A stretch of 64,000 nucleotides of DNA, taken from Candidatus Dormiibacterota bacterium (GTDB lineage: Bacteria; Chloroflexota; Dormibacteria; Aeolococcales; Aeolococcaceae). Each line of letters begins with the position of its first letter. Position 1 is the first letter of the stretch. A program made the translations under genes and the position numbers. Of this stretch, positions 52,234 through 62,070 are shown piece after piece. Under the pieces are notes generated by a model, which did no database searches, had not been told where the DNA came from, and saw only the letters and a list, made by a program, of their open reading frames with translations. The stretch covers positions 1,536,001 through 1,600,000 of the forward strand of contig OY970355.1 in NCBI GenBank assembly GCA_963718525.1, written 5' to 3'.

Positions 52234-54882
52234 ATGAACACGAATTTCGACTGGTCCAGCGTCGAACCGAAATGGCGCGAGCGCTGGAGCGAGCTCCGAG
52301 TCGGACATGCCGATGTCACGAGCACCAAGCCCGCATTCGTCATCGCGCTCCCGCCCCCGAACATCACGGGTGTTCTGCATATGGGGCACGCATCCACGTT
52401 CTCCATCCAAGACACCGTGTGTCGCGAGCGACGGATGCGCGGCTACGAGGTCGAATGGGCTCCGGGGACGGATCACGCTGCGATCGCCACCCAGAACGTC
52501 ATCGAACGCCAGCTCGCTGAGGAGGGTCTGACCAAGGAGGCACTGGGCAGGGCCGCGTTTCAGACGCGCGTCGACGCCTGGTACGAGGAATACGGCGGAC
52601 GGATCATCGAGCAGATGCGACGGATGGGATACACGTGCGACTGGGATCGCCTGCGCTTCACGCTCGATGACCAGTACGTCCGCGCCATCCGGCTGGTGTT
52701 CAAGACGCTCTTCGACGAGGGGCTCGTCTATCGCGGTCCGCGAATTGTCAACTGGTGTCCCTACTGCCACTCGGCGATCAGCGACGAGGAGATCGACTGG
52801 CGAGAGCAGACCGATACGCTCTACTACCTCAAGTATCCGGTCGAGGGTGGCCAGAGCATCACGGTCGCGACGGTGCGTCCGGAGACGATGCTCGGTGACA
52901 CGGGGGTCGCGGTCGCGCCGGGCGACTCACGCTACGCGTCGCTCCTCGGCAAGCACGTGACGCTGCCGCTCACCTGGCGGGTGGTGCCGATCTTTGCCGA
53001 CGAAGCGGTGCGACCCGAATTCGGCACCGGTGCGCTCAAGGTGACGCCGGGACATGATCCGACCGACTACGACATCGGGGCACGCCATTCGCTGCCCATC
53101 ATCAATGTCATCGCCCTCGATGGCACCATGGACGTGCCTGCACTTCCTCAATTCCATGGCATGCCGGTCGACGAGGCGCGGACGGCCGTGGCCGAGGCGC
53201 TTCGCGGACTGGGTGTGCTTGTCAAGGAAGAGCCGTATACGCACGAGGTTGGTCACTGCGACCGCAGCGGCACCGTGCTCGAGCCACTGGTCAGCGAGCA
53301 GTGGTGGGTTCGCATGGCGTCGCTTGCCGCTCCGGGCATCGGCGCCGTCGAAATCGGCGAGATCACCTTCCACCCCGCCCGGTACACCGACGTGTACCTG
53401 CACTGGATGCGCAATATCAAAGACTGGTGCATCAGCAGGCAGATCTGGCTGGGACACGCGATTCCGGTGTCGACATGCGGCAATGGGCATCGCTTCGCGT
53501 GGATCGACCCCCCAACCACGTGCCCGGAGTGCGGCGACACGGCCTTGACGGACGACCCCGATGTGCTCGACACCTGGTTCAGCAGTGGTCTCTGGCCGTT
53601 TGCAATCTTCGGCTGGCCCGAACCGACACCGGAGCTCGAGAGGTTCTACCCGACCGACCTTCTGGTCACGGGCCGCGACATCATCTTTCTCTGGGTCTCC
53701 CGGATGATCATGACCGGCATCAAATTCACCGGCCGGATCCCGTTCAGTGACGTGCTGATCACGAGCACGATCCAGGCGGCCGACGGCTCCCGCATGAGCA
53801 AGTCGAAGGGCAACACGGTTGATCCCCTTGACCTCGCGGACAAATACGGCGCCGACGCGGTGCGCGCATGGGCTGCCGCGGTGTCAACCAGCGTCCAGGA
53901 CATGCGCTTCGACGAGGACAGGATCGCCTCGTACCAGCGGTTTGCCAACAAGCTGTGGCAGGTGACCAGCGGATTCCTCGTCGCCAAGGTCGGCAGCGGG
54001 TCGATCGCCGATCTCGACGTGCATCCACCCAAGCCGGAAACGTTGCGTCCCGAGGACCGGTGGATGCTCGCCGAGCTTGCCGCGGCGGTGCGTGCGTGCG
54101 ACGCAGGCTTCACCGCGTACCGATTCCACGAAGCCGTCGACGCGCTGTACGACACCACCTGGCATTCGTTCTGCGACTGGTACGTCGAGATCATCAAGCT
54201 GCGCCTCGCGGATGCCGGCGAGCATGAGTCACGCCGCGCCGCCATATGGACCGCGGTCACAACGCTCGACGTGCTCCTGCGCCTGCTCCACCCGTTCATG
54301 CCGTTTGTGACCGAGGAATGCGCGCAGCAGCTCCCCAACGCCGCGCCCACACTGCAGCAGCGTTCGTGGCCCGCGGAGGATCCGCTGTGGAACGACGCCG
54401 AAACCACCGCCGCCCACGAGGAGATCGCCGAGGCGGTCGAGCTCGTGAAGCGGATCCGCGCGCTCGGCCACGGTCACAAGGTCCCGCGCGGCGCTCGCGA
54501 TCGGATTCGGATCGTGGTGCGCACCGCCGACCGCGGCGGCACGAGCAAGCACATCACGCGACTCATCGCGGGTCTCGTGCCGGCGACGGTGGTTGACAGC
54601 CACGAGCGCGGCGTCGATCCGGTGGTGGTTGTTTCAGGTAGGCTCCACGCCGAGGTGGTGATCGCCGACACCGCCGCCGACGCCAGTTCGACAGCACGTC
54701 AGATCGGCCTGCTCGAGGCAAACGTGTCGCGGCTCCAGGCTCAGCTCGCCAACCCGGCGTTCGTGAACGGGGCGCCGGCCCAGGTCGTGGACGAAGCGCG
54801 CCGGCGGCTCGCCGAGGCGACTGCGCAGCTGGAGCTGTTGCGCACCGGCCCCTCAGGAGGACGAATCGATGCTGCTGGTTGA
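52234..54882 (+). CDS. valS: Valine--tRNA ligase
   Basis: PPPNITGVLHMGH, GTDHA, GTGALKVTPGHD, WCISRQ, RMSKS, C-terminal coiled coil. Confidence 0.96.
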   Translation: MNTNFDWSSVEPKWRERWSELRVGHADVTSTKPAFVIALPPPNITGVLHMGHASTFSIQDTVCRERRMRGYEVEWAPGTDHAAIATQNVIERQLAEEGLTKEALGRAAFQTRVDAWYEEYGGRIIEQMRRMGYTCDWDRLRFTLDDQYVRAIRLVFKTLFDEGLVYRGPRIVNWCPYCHSAISDEEIDWREQTDTLYYLKYPVEGGQSITVATVRPETMLGDTGVAVAPGDSRYASLLGKHVTLPLTWRVVPIFADEAVRPEFGTGALKVTPGHDPTDYDIGARHSLPIINVIALDGTMDVPALPQFHGMPVDEARTAVAEALRGLGVLVKEEPYTHEVGHCDRSGTVLEPLVSEQWWVRMASLAAPGIGAVEIGEITFHPARYTDVYLHWMRNIKDWCISRQIWLGHAIPVSTCGNGHRFAWIDPPTTCPECGDTALTDDPDVLDTWFSSGLWPFAIFGWPEPTPELERFYPTDLLVTGRDIIFLWVSRMIMTGIKFTGRIPFSDVLITSTIQAADGSRMSKSKGNTVDPLDLADKYGADAVRAWAAAVSTSVQDMRFDEDRIASYQRFANKLWQVTSGFLVAKVGSGSIADLDVHPPKPETLRPEDRWMLAELAAAVRACDAGFTAYRFHEAVDALYDTTWHSFCDWYVEIIKLRLADAGEHESRRAAIWTAVTTLDVLLRLLHPFMPFVTEECAQQLPNAAPTLQQRSWPAEDPLWNDAETTAAHEEIAEAVELVKRIRALGHGHKVPRGARDRIRIVVRTADRGGTSKHITRLIAGLVPATVVDSHERGVDPVVVVSGRLHAEVVIADTAADASSTARQIGLLEANVSRLQAQLANPAFVNGAPAQVVDEARRRLAEATAQLELLRTGPSGGRIDAAG

Positions 54883-55336
54883 CCTGGGAACGCTGCTCAC
54901 GGGGATCGTGGTCGTCGTCGTCGCCTACCTGGTCGTCCTGTGGCTCGCCCTCGCCTTCTATGTGGTTCGCGACGCACGTCGGCGCACGACGTCACCGGGC
55001 TTCACGCTCTTCGCGATGCTGCTCGGCTTCGTGCCGCCATTCCTCGGTGCGCTCATCTATTTCATGGTGCGGCCGCCGCTCACCATGGAGCAGGTACGAT
55101 CGCTCGCCATCGAGGAGCAGGTGCTGCTCGAGCCCCCGGTCGAGGGGGTGCCCACCCGGCCGTGCCCGACCTGCGGACGGGAGATCGAGCAGGAGTTCAT
55201 CCTCTGCCCGTACTGCCGGACCCAGTTCGCCCGGCGCTGCACCGGGTGCGACCGCAGCCTCCGCCTCGGATGGGGGGTATGTCCGTACTGCGCCACAGAG
55301 GTCGGAGCGCCGGCGCTGGCCCGCACCGGGAGGTAG
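54869..55336 (+). CDS. Membrane protein with double zinc ribbon
   Basis: N-terminal TMs (RDA..R, P.LG..IY..RP) then CPTC, CPYC, CTGC, CPYC; SD AGGAGG. Confidence 0.85.
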   Translation: MLLVDLGTLLTGIVVVVVAYLVVLWLALAFYVVRDARRRTTSPGFTLFAMLLGFVPPFLGALIYFMVRPPLTMEQVRSLAIEEQVLLEPPVEGVPTRPCPTCGREIEQEFILCPYCRTQFARRCTGCDRSLRLGWGVCPYCATEVGAPALARTGR

Positions 55337-55342
55337 CGTCCC

Positions 55343-57013
55343 ATGCTGGGCGGTGGGCTCCAGCTGGCGCTGATTCCCGCGCCGCTGATCGCTGCGGCGA
55401 TCGTTGTGTTCGCGCTCCGGCCCGATCAAGCGCGCGCCGCGCGGGCGGCCGCAGGGGCCGGCATCGCTGCAACCATCGCGCTCCTCGCTGTCGAGGTGGC
55501 GTTTCTCAACGGAAGCGGCCGCATCGAGGCATCGCTGGGGACGCCGGTGAGCGGTGTCGCGTACCTGCTCAGGCTGGATCTGCCCGGAGCGACGCTAGGC
55601 CTGGCCGCGGCTGCGGCCGGGCTGCTGCTCCTGCTCGAGAACGATCGCCGAACCCGCGAGGTGAGCGCGCTCCTGGTCTGCCTCACGGGCACGGTCGTCG
55701 CCGCGCTCGCCGGCAACGTGGTGATGCTCGCGGGCGGTGTTGAGATCGCCGGCGTCGGCACCCTGCTCATGACCAGCGCCGTCAGGGGTCGACCCGGGCG
55801 GGGCGGGCTCGTGGCGATCGCCATCGAACACCTCGCATCGCTCGGCCTGGTGGTTGCGGCCGTCCAGCTCCTCAGCGTCACCGGGACGACCAACCTCTCG
55901 GTGATCCCGGCCGGTGCCGTCGGAGCCTCGGTCGTCGGGCCGTGGGCGGCGGCGGGCGTTGTTCGCCTCCTCTCGCCATCGTTTGTTCCGATTCGCGCCA
56001 GCAGGATCCCTACTGCGGCGTGGGCCACGACCGGAGCGATCCCTTGCGGGGCGATCATCCTGCTCCGGCTTCGCGAGACTGCGGGCGGTCCGCTCTCCGA
56101 ACCGATGACGATCGGGCTGGCGGCCGTGGGCGGTGCCGCCGCGATCGCGGCGGTGATCGTGGCCCTCCGCCGTTCCGGCACGCCCGTGGTCGCGGGCCGC
56201 GCGCTCTGCGTGGTCGCCGCCGCCCCCGTGGTCGCACTCACCGGCGTCGCGGGGCCAGCCGCGAGCGCAGCGATCGCCGCCGGCATCTGCTCGGTGATGC
56301 TGGTCACGGCACTGACCCCGGCATGGGAGCACGTCGGTCGAGGGACAGGTGGGCGCGCCCTGGCATCATTCGCCCTCGGTGCCGCGGGGTCGCTGCCGAT
56401 CGGATTCGGCATCACCGCGCTCATCCTCGAGCTCTCGGCGGCGGTGTCGATCGGCCGGCCGGGAACAGCGCTCGTCGCCGCCCTGGGCACCGCCGGCATC
56501 CTCGGCGCCGCCGCTGCCGTCCAGGCCGCCGCGCGAATCCTCGTGTCGGACGGCGATGCCGGGAGCGACCGGTTCCCACCGGTCCTCGGGGCGGTCGCCG
56601 CCGCAGTCTCCCTCATCGCGGCCGTGGTGCCGGGAACGCTTGCGACCTCGGTGCTCGTGGCGCTTAACTCGGGCGGGCTCACGGAACCAATCGGGGCTGC
56701 CGCGATCCGAACCCAAGCCGGCGACTGGGCGGGCGGGTATGTCGTCGTCGCGTTCGTGATCGTCGCAGCCGGCGCGTGGGCGCTCGCAACCCTCGCCGGC
56801 TGGTCACCGGTGCCGTCACCAGCGGGCGAGCAGCTTCCGCCGACGGCGACGCGAGCCGTCCGGCTCGGCGTCGCACGCCGGCTCCACCCCGTCGCGGCTC
56901 GTGGCAACGCGTGGCTGCGTCAGACCGATGACTGGCTCGTGGTGCAACCCCAGCTCATCGTGGTCCTCGGAGGATCGATCCTGGCCATCGTGCTGCTCCA
57001 GCTGATCCACTGA
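55343..57013 (+). CDS. Divergent NuoL/MrpA-D/HyfB-like antiporter-fold membrane subunit
   Basis: LRLD, AGNVVMLAGGVEIAG (cf. ADNLL..F..WE), GSLPIGFG (cf. GLPP.SGF); many TMs. Confidence 0.6.
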   Translation: MLGGGLQLALIPAPLIAAAIVVFALRPDQARAARAAAGAGIAATIALLAVEVAFLNGSGRIEASLGTPVSGVAYLLRLDLPGATLGLAAAAAGLLLLLENDRRTREVSALLVCLTGTVVAALAGNVVMLAGGVEIAGVGTLLMTSAVRGRPGRGGLVAIAIEHLASLGLVVAAVQLLSVTGTTNLSVIPAGAVGASVVGPWAAAGVVRLLSPSFVPIRASRIPTAAWATTGAIPCGAIILLRLRETAGGPLSEPMTIGLAAVGGAAAIAAVIVALRRSGTPVVAGRALCVVAAAPVVALTGVAGPAASAAIAAGICSVMLVTALTPAWEHVGRGTGGRALASFALGAAGSLPIGFGITALILELSAAVSIGRPGTALVAALGTAGILGAAAAVQAAARILVSDGDAGSDRFPPVLGAVAAAVSLIAAVVPGTLATSVLVALNSGGLTEPIGAAAIRTQAGDWAGGYVVVAFVIVAAGAWALATLAGWSPVPSPAGEQLPPTATRAVRLGVARRLHPVAARGNAWLRQTDDWLVVQPQLIVVLGGSILAIVLLQLIH

Positions 57014-57660
57014 TGGGCGTTTCGGCGCCGCTGCTCTCGGCCGCGGGCGTGCTTGGTGCGGTGGTCGCGATGATGGTGGACGGACGGCGAGCTGTCGCGC
57101 TCGCCGTGGTATTCGTGGCGGCAGGCCTGACGCCGACCGCCGCCACATTTGGCGGCGGCCCCGGGGTGGCGGTGCTCGGCGTGTCTGCCATCGCCGCGGT
57201 GGCGCTCGGCTGGGCGGGAGGGATGGGCGGGCGAGCGCTCCCCTGGCTGTCCCGGCTCGATCCGACCATCCCGGCCTTCGCGCCGGCGGACCGGCTCTTC
57301 GGTCCGCGCAGCAGCCGCGCCTTCGGAGCGGCCGCCGCGATCCCGGTTGCCTCGTGGGTGAGCTTCAATGTTCCGATCGGCCAGGTCACGGCGATCGAGG
57401 GACTGCTCTTTCCCATCGCGTACGCCTGGAGCTGCGGGGTCATCCGACTGCTGGTTGCCCGGACCCTCGAGGACCTCGCGGTGGGGGTGGCGATGGTGAG
57501 CATCGCCACGGGAACGGCGTGGCTACTGCGCAGCGGTACTGATTCATTTCCCGGGGCGGCGCTTGCCTGTGTCCTCGCACCGCTCTCCGCGTTGCTCGCC
57601 GGATGGCTGAACGGGCGCAGCTCGCGTCGCGCCCGCGAGCTCGCGGAGCGCGAGGCGTGA
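57013..57660 (+). CDS. Hypothetical polytopic membrane protein
   Basis: About 6 TMs; translationally coupled on both sides. Confidence 0.65.
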   Translation: MGVSAPLLSAAGVLGAVVAMMVDGRRAVALAVVFVAAGLTPTAATFGGGPGVAVLGVSAIAAVALGWAGGMGGRALPWLSRLDPTIPAFAPADRLFGPRSSRAFGAAAAIPVASWVSFNVPIGQVTAIEGLLFPIAYAWSCGVIRLLVARTLEDLAVGVAMVSIATGTAWLLRSGTDSFPGAALACVLAPLSALLAGWLNGRSSRRARELAEREA

Positions 57661-58898
57661 ATCCCCTCGTCATTGCCGCGGCATGGTTGGTCCTCGGGCT
57701 TGCGGCGCCGGTCCTGCTCCGCCGGCGAACGGCACGCCTGGTGGCGGTCGTGCCCCTGGTCGGCGCGGGATTGACGCTGGTGGCCGCGCGCTCCACGACG
57801 CCGGCGGTACCGCTCGGCGGCCTCAGCGGGATCAGTGGGCTCGACAGGGCCGGCCAGGGGGTGCTGATCCTCACGGGTCTCTCGATGGCACTGGTGATCC
57901 TGCTCCAGCCCTCGATCGACGTTTCGCTGGGACGAACGATCGGGGTGGTGGGGGCGGCCGCCACTGTCGTCATGGCGAGCAGTGACCCGCTGGTGACCGC
58001 CGTAGCCCTGACCGCGGCGATCGCGACCCTGGTCCTGCACTGGATCGGTCTCTCGCCCGGAAGAACCACGATGGCAGCCGGGCGCGTGGCCGGGACGGGG
58101 ACCGCCGCGCTGCTCGCAGCCTCTCCGTTTCTGCCCCTGACAGGCTTCACGACGGGAGATCGCCCAGTCGTGGTCGGCGCGTTGCTGGCCACCGGCACCG
58201 CCGCGCTGCTCGCCGTCTACCCACTCGGAGGCTGGGCGGCGGGGATCATCGGATCGCTCAAACCCCTGGACGTCGCCCCGTGGATGATCCTGCTCGTGCC
58301 GGTCGTGCTCCTCCTCGCCGAGCGAATTCCGGGTGGTGTGCTCGGCGATGGGAGCCCGGTCTTCGAGCACGTGCTGCTCGTGGTCGGGCTGGGCAGCGCC
58401 GTCTGGGGCGGCTTCTGGGCCGTGCGCGGCCCGGGCGCAACGCGCTACGGACGCGTGTTCATGGCCGATATCGCGCTCTGCGTCGCCGCGGTGGAAGGAG
58501 CGTCGGTGTCCCCTGCGCTGACCGGCGCCCTGATCATCCTGGTCACTCATCTGATCGTCGCGCCGATCCTGCTTCGATCCGATGAGGCGGGACTCCTGTG
58601 GGCGAGGAGGGTGGCGTGGGCATTGGTCAGTGGCGTCCCGCCGTCTCCGACCTTCTGGGGCCGCCTGCTGCTGCTCGAAGCCCTCGCCGCGGGGAATGTC
58701 GGATCGACGATTGCCGCGGTGGTCGCCATGGCGGCCATCTTCATCGCGGCGGTGCTGGCGAGCTCGACGAGGGTGCAGGGCAGGCGAGCGACCGGCTGGG
58801 GGCGCTCCGGTGACCTCGTCGCATGGTTGCTCGTCGCGGTCGGCATCGCCGCCGGCCTGGCGCCGCAGTCATTCACCGGGTTCGTGTTCGGACACTGA
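57657..58898 (+). CDS. Divergent NuoN/MrpD-like antiporter-fold membrane subunit
   Basis: AVYPLGGW (cf. PFH.W), SGVPPSPTFWGRLLLL (cf. GIPP..GF.GK), GLAP terminal motif. Confidence 0.6.
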   Translation: MNPLVIAAAWLVLGLAAPVLLRRRTARLVAVVPLVGAGLTLVAARSTTPAVPLGGLSGISGLDRAGQGVLILTGLSMALVILLQPSIDVSLGRTIGVVGAAATVVMASSDPLVTAVALTAAIATLVLHWIGLSPGRTTMAAGRVAGTGTAALLAASPFLPLTGFTTGDRPVVVGALLATGTAALLAVYPLGGWAAGIIGSLKPLDVAPWMILLVPVVLLLAERIPGGVLGDGSPVFEHVLLVVGLGSAVWGGFWAVRGPGATRYGRVFMADIALCVAAVEGASVSPALTGALIILVTHLIVAPILLRSDEAGLLWARRVAWALVSGVPPSPTFWGRLLLLEALAAGNVGSTIAAVVAMAAIFIAAVLASSTRVQGRRATGWGRSGDLVAWLLVAVGIAAGLAPQSFTGFVFGH

Positions 58899-58902
58899 GT
58901 CG

Positions 58903-59640
58903 ATGGACCCTCTCGGCCTGCTCCTCGAAGTCGTGGCCCTTGCGGCATATCCCGGCGGCCTCTTCCTGGGGGTCATGGCGTGGATCACGTATCGAGGAGC
59001 GGGGCTGGGGCGAGGCGCCGGGCTCGACCTGCGCGGCCTCCTCGCGATTGCCGCCGCGGTCGTTGCCGCAGCCATGGCGCCGTTGCCCGGGACACCGGCC
59101 GCGTCGCTCCCGCCGCCTGGTGGGGCAACGCCCAACCTGATCGCGGCGGTCATCCTCATCGTGGCCGCGTGCTCGCTGGTTGCTCCGCAGCCCTGGTCGT
59201 CGCGCCGCCGTGTGCTCGTGGCGTTTGGGGGCGTCGCGCTCGTTCTGCTGGGTCTCGTGGCCAGCTCGTTTTCCACCACAGCGATCTCTTCAACGACCGG
59301 CGCCGCGAGCGCCGCCGCCCGCATCGTCGCGGTGGTTGCCGTCCTCCTCGCGCTACCACTGGTGATCAAGCCGCATGCGGTCGCCGCATCCGGGGCAGCC
59401 AGAGCGACGGTCATCGCCGCAACGCTCGAGGTGGTGCTCGCCATCGTGATCCCGCCCGCACAGCAGTGGCCGGTGGCACCGCTCTGGGTCGTGGGCCTGG
59501 TCGCCGCGGTGGCGGTCTACGGGCTGCTGCTGCGACTTTGGCGAGCTGCCGTCCAGAGGGAGCACGCGTCCCTGGTCGCGGCCGCCTGGTTGTGCTCGGT
59601 CGCGGCATCGGTGACCACGGTGATCACCTCGCGCCCGTAA
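58903..59640 (+). CDS. Divergent NuoH/HyfC-like membrane protein (tentative)
   Basis: ALAAYPGGLF N-terminus, APLPG, about 8 TMs; operon context. Confidence 0.45.
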   Translation: MDPLGLLLEVVALAAYPGGLFLGVMAWITYRGAGLGRGAGLDLRGLLAIAAAVVAAAMAPLPGTPAASLPPPGGATPNLIAAVILIVAACSLVAPQPWSSRRRVLVAFGGVALVLLGLVASSFSTTAISSTTGAASAAARIVAVVAVLLALPLVIKPHAVAASGAARATVIAATLEVVLAIVIPPAQQWPVAPLWVVGLVAAVAVYGLLLRLWRAAVQREHASLVAAAWLCSVAASVTTVITSRP

Positions 59641-59749
59641 GGCGTTGTGCGCGAACGCCGACTGCATCAACTCGCGGCTGCATCGCGGTGCTAGCATGGA
59701 ACGTGAGTTGGCGCGAGATTTTGATGCGGCCGTTGCGCGCGTGACCGCC
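59641..59749. other. Long imperfect inverted-repeat element
   Basis: GCGCGAACG/CGTTGCGCGC, CTGCATCAA/TTGATGCGG, CTCGCG/CGCGAG nested pairings. Confidence 0.5.
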
Positions 59750-59751
59750 AC

Positions 59752-60411
59752 GTGATTGGAATCGTTCTCGCGTCCAGGTCGCCTCGCCGTCGCGAGCTGC
59801 TGACCCGGGCGGGGATCCGTTTCCGGGTCATGGAGCCCCCCGAGGACGTTGCGCTGCCCGCAGGGGTCAGCGCGGAGCTGGCCGTGCAGCTGGTCGCTCG
59901 CCAGAAGGCCGTCGCCGTATGCAAGCTCGTGCCCGCCGGGACCTACGTCCTCAGCGCTGACACGATCGTTGTCGGGCCTCGCGGACCCCTCGGAAAACCG
60001 CAGACGCCGGAGATCGCCAGGCAAATGCTCAACGACCTGCGCGGCAAGCGCCACACAGTGCTCACCGGTGTCTGCGCGATGTGCACCGCGAGTGATCACG
60101 AGGCGCTCGGCGTCAGCCGGTCCGCGGTCAAGTTCTGCGACTTCTCTGACGACGCGCTCGACATGTACGTGGCTTCGGGCGAGCCCCTCGACCGTGCCGG
60201 CGCCTACGCGATCCAGGGCGGCGGCTCTGATTTCGTCGAGGCGGTGGCCGGACGGATCGACACGGTGATCGGTCTCGATGTCGGCCTGGCGCTGCGCCTT
60301 CTCGGTGAGATCGGTTACCCCGATCCGCTGCCGAGAACCACCGACATCATGCTGACGGCGCAGCGGCAGCGGCGTCCGCTTGCGCCGCTTCGCACCGCCA
60401 CCAGGGTCTGA
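59752..60411 (+). CDS. maf: Maf nucleotide pyrophosphatase
   Basis: LASRSPRRRELL, ADTIV, LGKP, AGAYAIQG, VIGL. Confidence 0.93.
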   Translation: MIGIVLASRSPRRRELLTRAGIRFRVMEPPEDVALPAGVSAELAVQLVARQKAVAVCKLVPAGTYVLSADTIVVGPRGPLGKPQTPEIARQMLNDLRGKRHTVLTGVCAMCTASDHEALGVSRSAVKFCDFSDDALDMYVASGEPLDRAGAYAIQGGGSDFVEAVAGRIDTVIGLDVGLALRLLGEIGYPDPLPRTTDIMLTAQRQRRPLAPLRTATRV

Positions 60412-60431
60412 CCGTTTCGCGGAGTGGAAAG

Positions 60432-61361
60432 GTGCGGGCATTGGCGTCGCACCTGACCGGCATCCTCGCGCTCTCGATACTGGCGCCCGTGGCGCTCTTC
60501 GTGACCGCGTGCAGCGGCGAGCCCGCGCAGCTTTCTGTGACGCTCGGCTCGACCTTCGGGGCTTCATACACGCCCGGGACGACCGATGCCGACTTCGTGG
60601 TGACCGTGCAGAACCTGGGTCCCGGCAACGCATCCGGCGTCGTCATCCATGCCTTGATGCCGGCGTCGTTTCAATATGCGGTCACGAACACGATCACCAC
60701 GTCCGGTGCGGCGCGGACCACACCGGAGGATGCGCAGGTCGGCGTCTCCAATCCACAGTGGGGTGTGTGGGCGCTCTCGTCGCCGACATCGCCGAACGGG
60801 CAGATCGTGTACGCATCGATAACGATCAACTTCACCGTCAACATCACCGCGCATCCCAACACGTACTCACTTGCGGCCGAGGTGGTGGATGACAGCCTCA
60901 CCGACACGGTGCAAAGCCATCCGATTCAGGTGGCAGTCAACGAAGCGCCGCAGCTCGCCGTGAGCGCATCGGTCGGCCCCACGACGGTCCATCCCAACGG
61001 TCAGGTCACCTATCGGGTCAACGTGACCAACAAAGGCACCGGGATCGCTCCCACCGTCGACGTGCTCGTGACCCTGCCTCCGGTGCTGCAGTACCAGTCG
61101 ACCATCCTGCCGTTCGGGGGGAACTCCTCACAGGAGTCGCTGATCTCCCCGGTGAAGGGTGCGTACCTGGTCTTCTACGGCGGCTTCGAGTTACCTCCGC
61201 AGACATCGCTGGGGCCGGGCACCCTCACGATCGAATTCATCGCGCAGTGCATCCCCAACCCCGGCAAGGGCGTGTTCCCGATTCAGGTTGCCGTGACCGA
61301 CGCGGCCCGCGACCAGGTGAGCGTCGCCAATGCGGCCCCGCTCAACGTCTTCAGCACCTAG
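60432..61361 (+). CDS. Lipoprotein with two DUF11-like Ig domains
   Basis: Lipobox VTAC, VTVQNLGP..A and YRVNVTNKG...A repeats. Confidence 0.7.
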   Translation: MRALASHLTGILALSILAPVALFVTACSGEPAQLSVTLGSTFGASYTPGTTDADFVVTVQNLGPGNASGVVIHALMPASFQYAVTNTITTSGAARTTPEDAQVGVSNPQWGVWALSSPTSPNGQIVYASITINFTVNITAHPNTYSLAAEVVDDSLTDTVQSHPIQVAVNEAPQLAVSASVGPTTVHPNGQVTYRVNVTNKGTGIAPTVDVLVTLPPVLQYQSTILPFGGNSSQESLISPVKGAYLVFYGGFELPPQTSLGPGTLTIEFIAQCIPNPGKGVFPIQVAVTDAARDQVSVANAAPLNVFST

Positions 61362-61399
61362 ATTGGGCGGGTCGCTGGAGGCCTGTCATTGCGCGCACG

Positions 61400-61474
61400 T
61401 GGTAACCTCGCGTATCGCGCCCGGTATCAGCCGGCGTTCCTCAGCGGAGTGAACCCGCTCCTGGCGAGAGAGGC
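61400..61474 (+). promoter_or_regulatory. Extended -10 promoter and structured rplU leader
   Basis: TG-G-TAACCT at 61400-61408; hairpins CCGG-N6-CCGG and AGCGG-N7-CCGCT closed by TCGC/GCGA next to SD GAGG. Confidence 0.45.
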
Positions 61475-61476
61475 AG

Positions 61477-62070
61477 ATGTACGCAATCCTTCAACACGGC
61501 GGTCACCAGTATCGTGTCGCTTCCGGCGACCGGATCCTTGTCGACCGCATTCCAGTCGAGGTCGGATCGACGGTGACGCTCGAATCCGTCCTCCTGATCG
61601 GCGATGGCGCCGAGTCCGACGTCGCCAAGGGATCGCCGCTCCAGGCGTCCGTAACGGCGACGGTGATCGCGCACCGGCGTGGACGCAAGATCCGCGTGTT
61701 CACCTACAAGCCGAAGAAACGCCACCGGCGAACCCTCGGCTACCGCAGCCAGCTCACCGAGCTCCTCATCGACGAGGTCGGACGCGGCAAGGCAGAGACC
61801 AAGCCGAAGGCAGCTGCGCCGAAGCGTGCGGCAGCACCGAAGGCGGCTGCCGAAGCTGCACCGATCGAGGCGAAGGCCGACGCCACCGCCGCTGAAGCCG
61901 ACGCGGTGGCGATCGAAGCCGAGGCGGTCGAGGCCGAGCTCGCCGTCGCGGAGGAAGCCGTGGAGGAGGCGGTCGCCGCTGAGACCGAAGCGGCTGCGCC
62001 TGCGAAACCGGCCGCACCGAAACGAGCACGGACACCCAAGCCAAAGAAGGACCCGGACAATGGCGCATAA
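61477..62070 (+). CDS. rplU: 50S ribosomal protein L21 with long low-complexity C-terminal tail
   Basis: [27 protein letters not shown]. Confidence 0.95.
   Translation: MYAILQHGGHQYRVASGDRILVDRIPVEVGSTVTLESVLLIGDGAESDVAKGSPLQASVTATVIAHRRGRKIRVFTYKPKKRHRRTLGYRSQLTELLIDEVGRGKAETKPKAAAPKRAAAPKAAAEAAPIEAKADATAAEADAVAIEAEAVEAELAVAEEAVEEAVAAETEAAAPAKPAAPKRARTPKPKKDPDNGA

Noticed and set aside
53788-53808. ValRS RMSKS instead of KMSKS
   Set aside because: Conservative change at the first position; the catalytic second Lys is retained
59645-59755. LCANADC...MEREL peptide resembling a YlxR fragment
   Set aside because: Lacks the GRGAY and N-terminal motifs and has no SD; the region is better explained by its inverted-repeat structure
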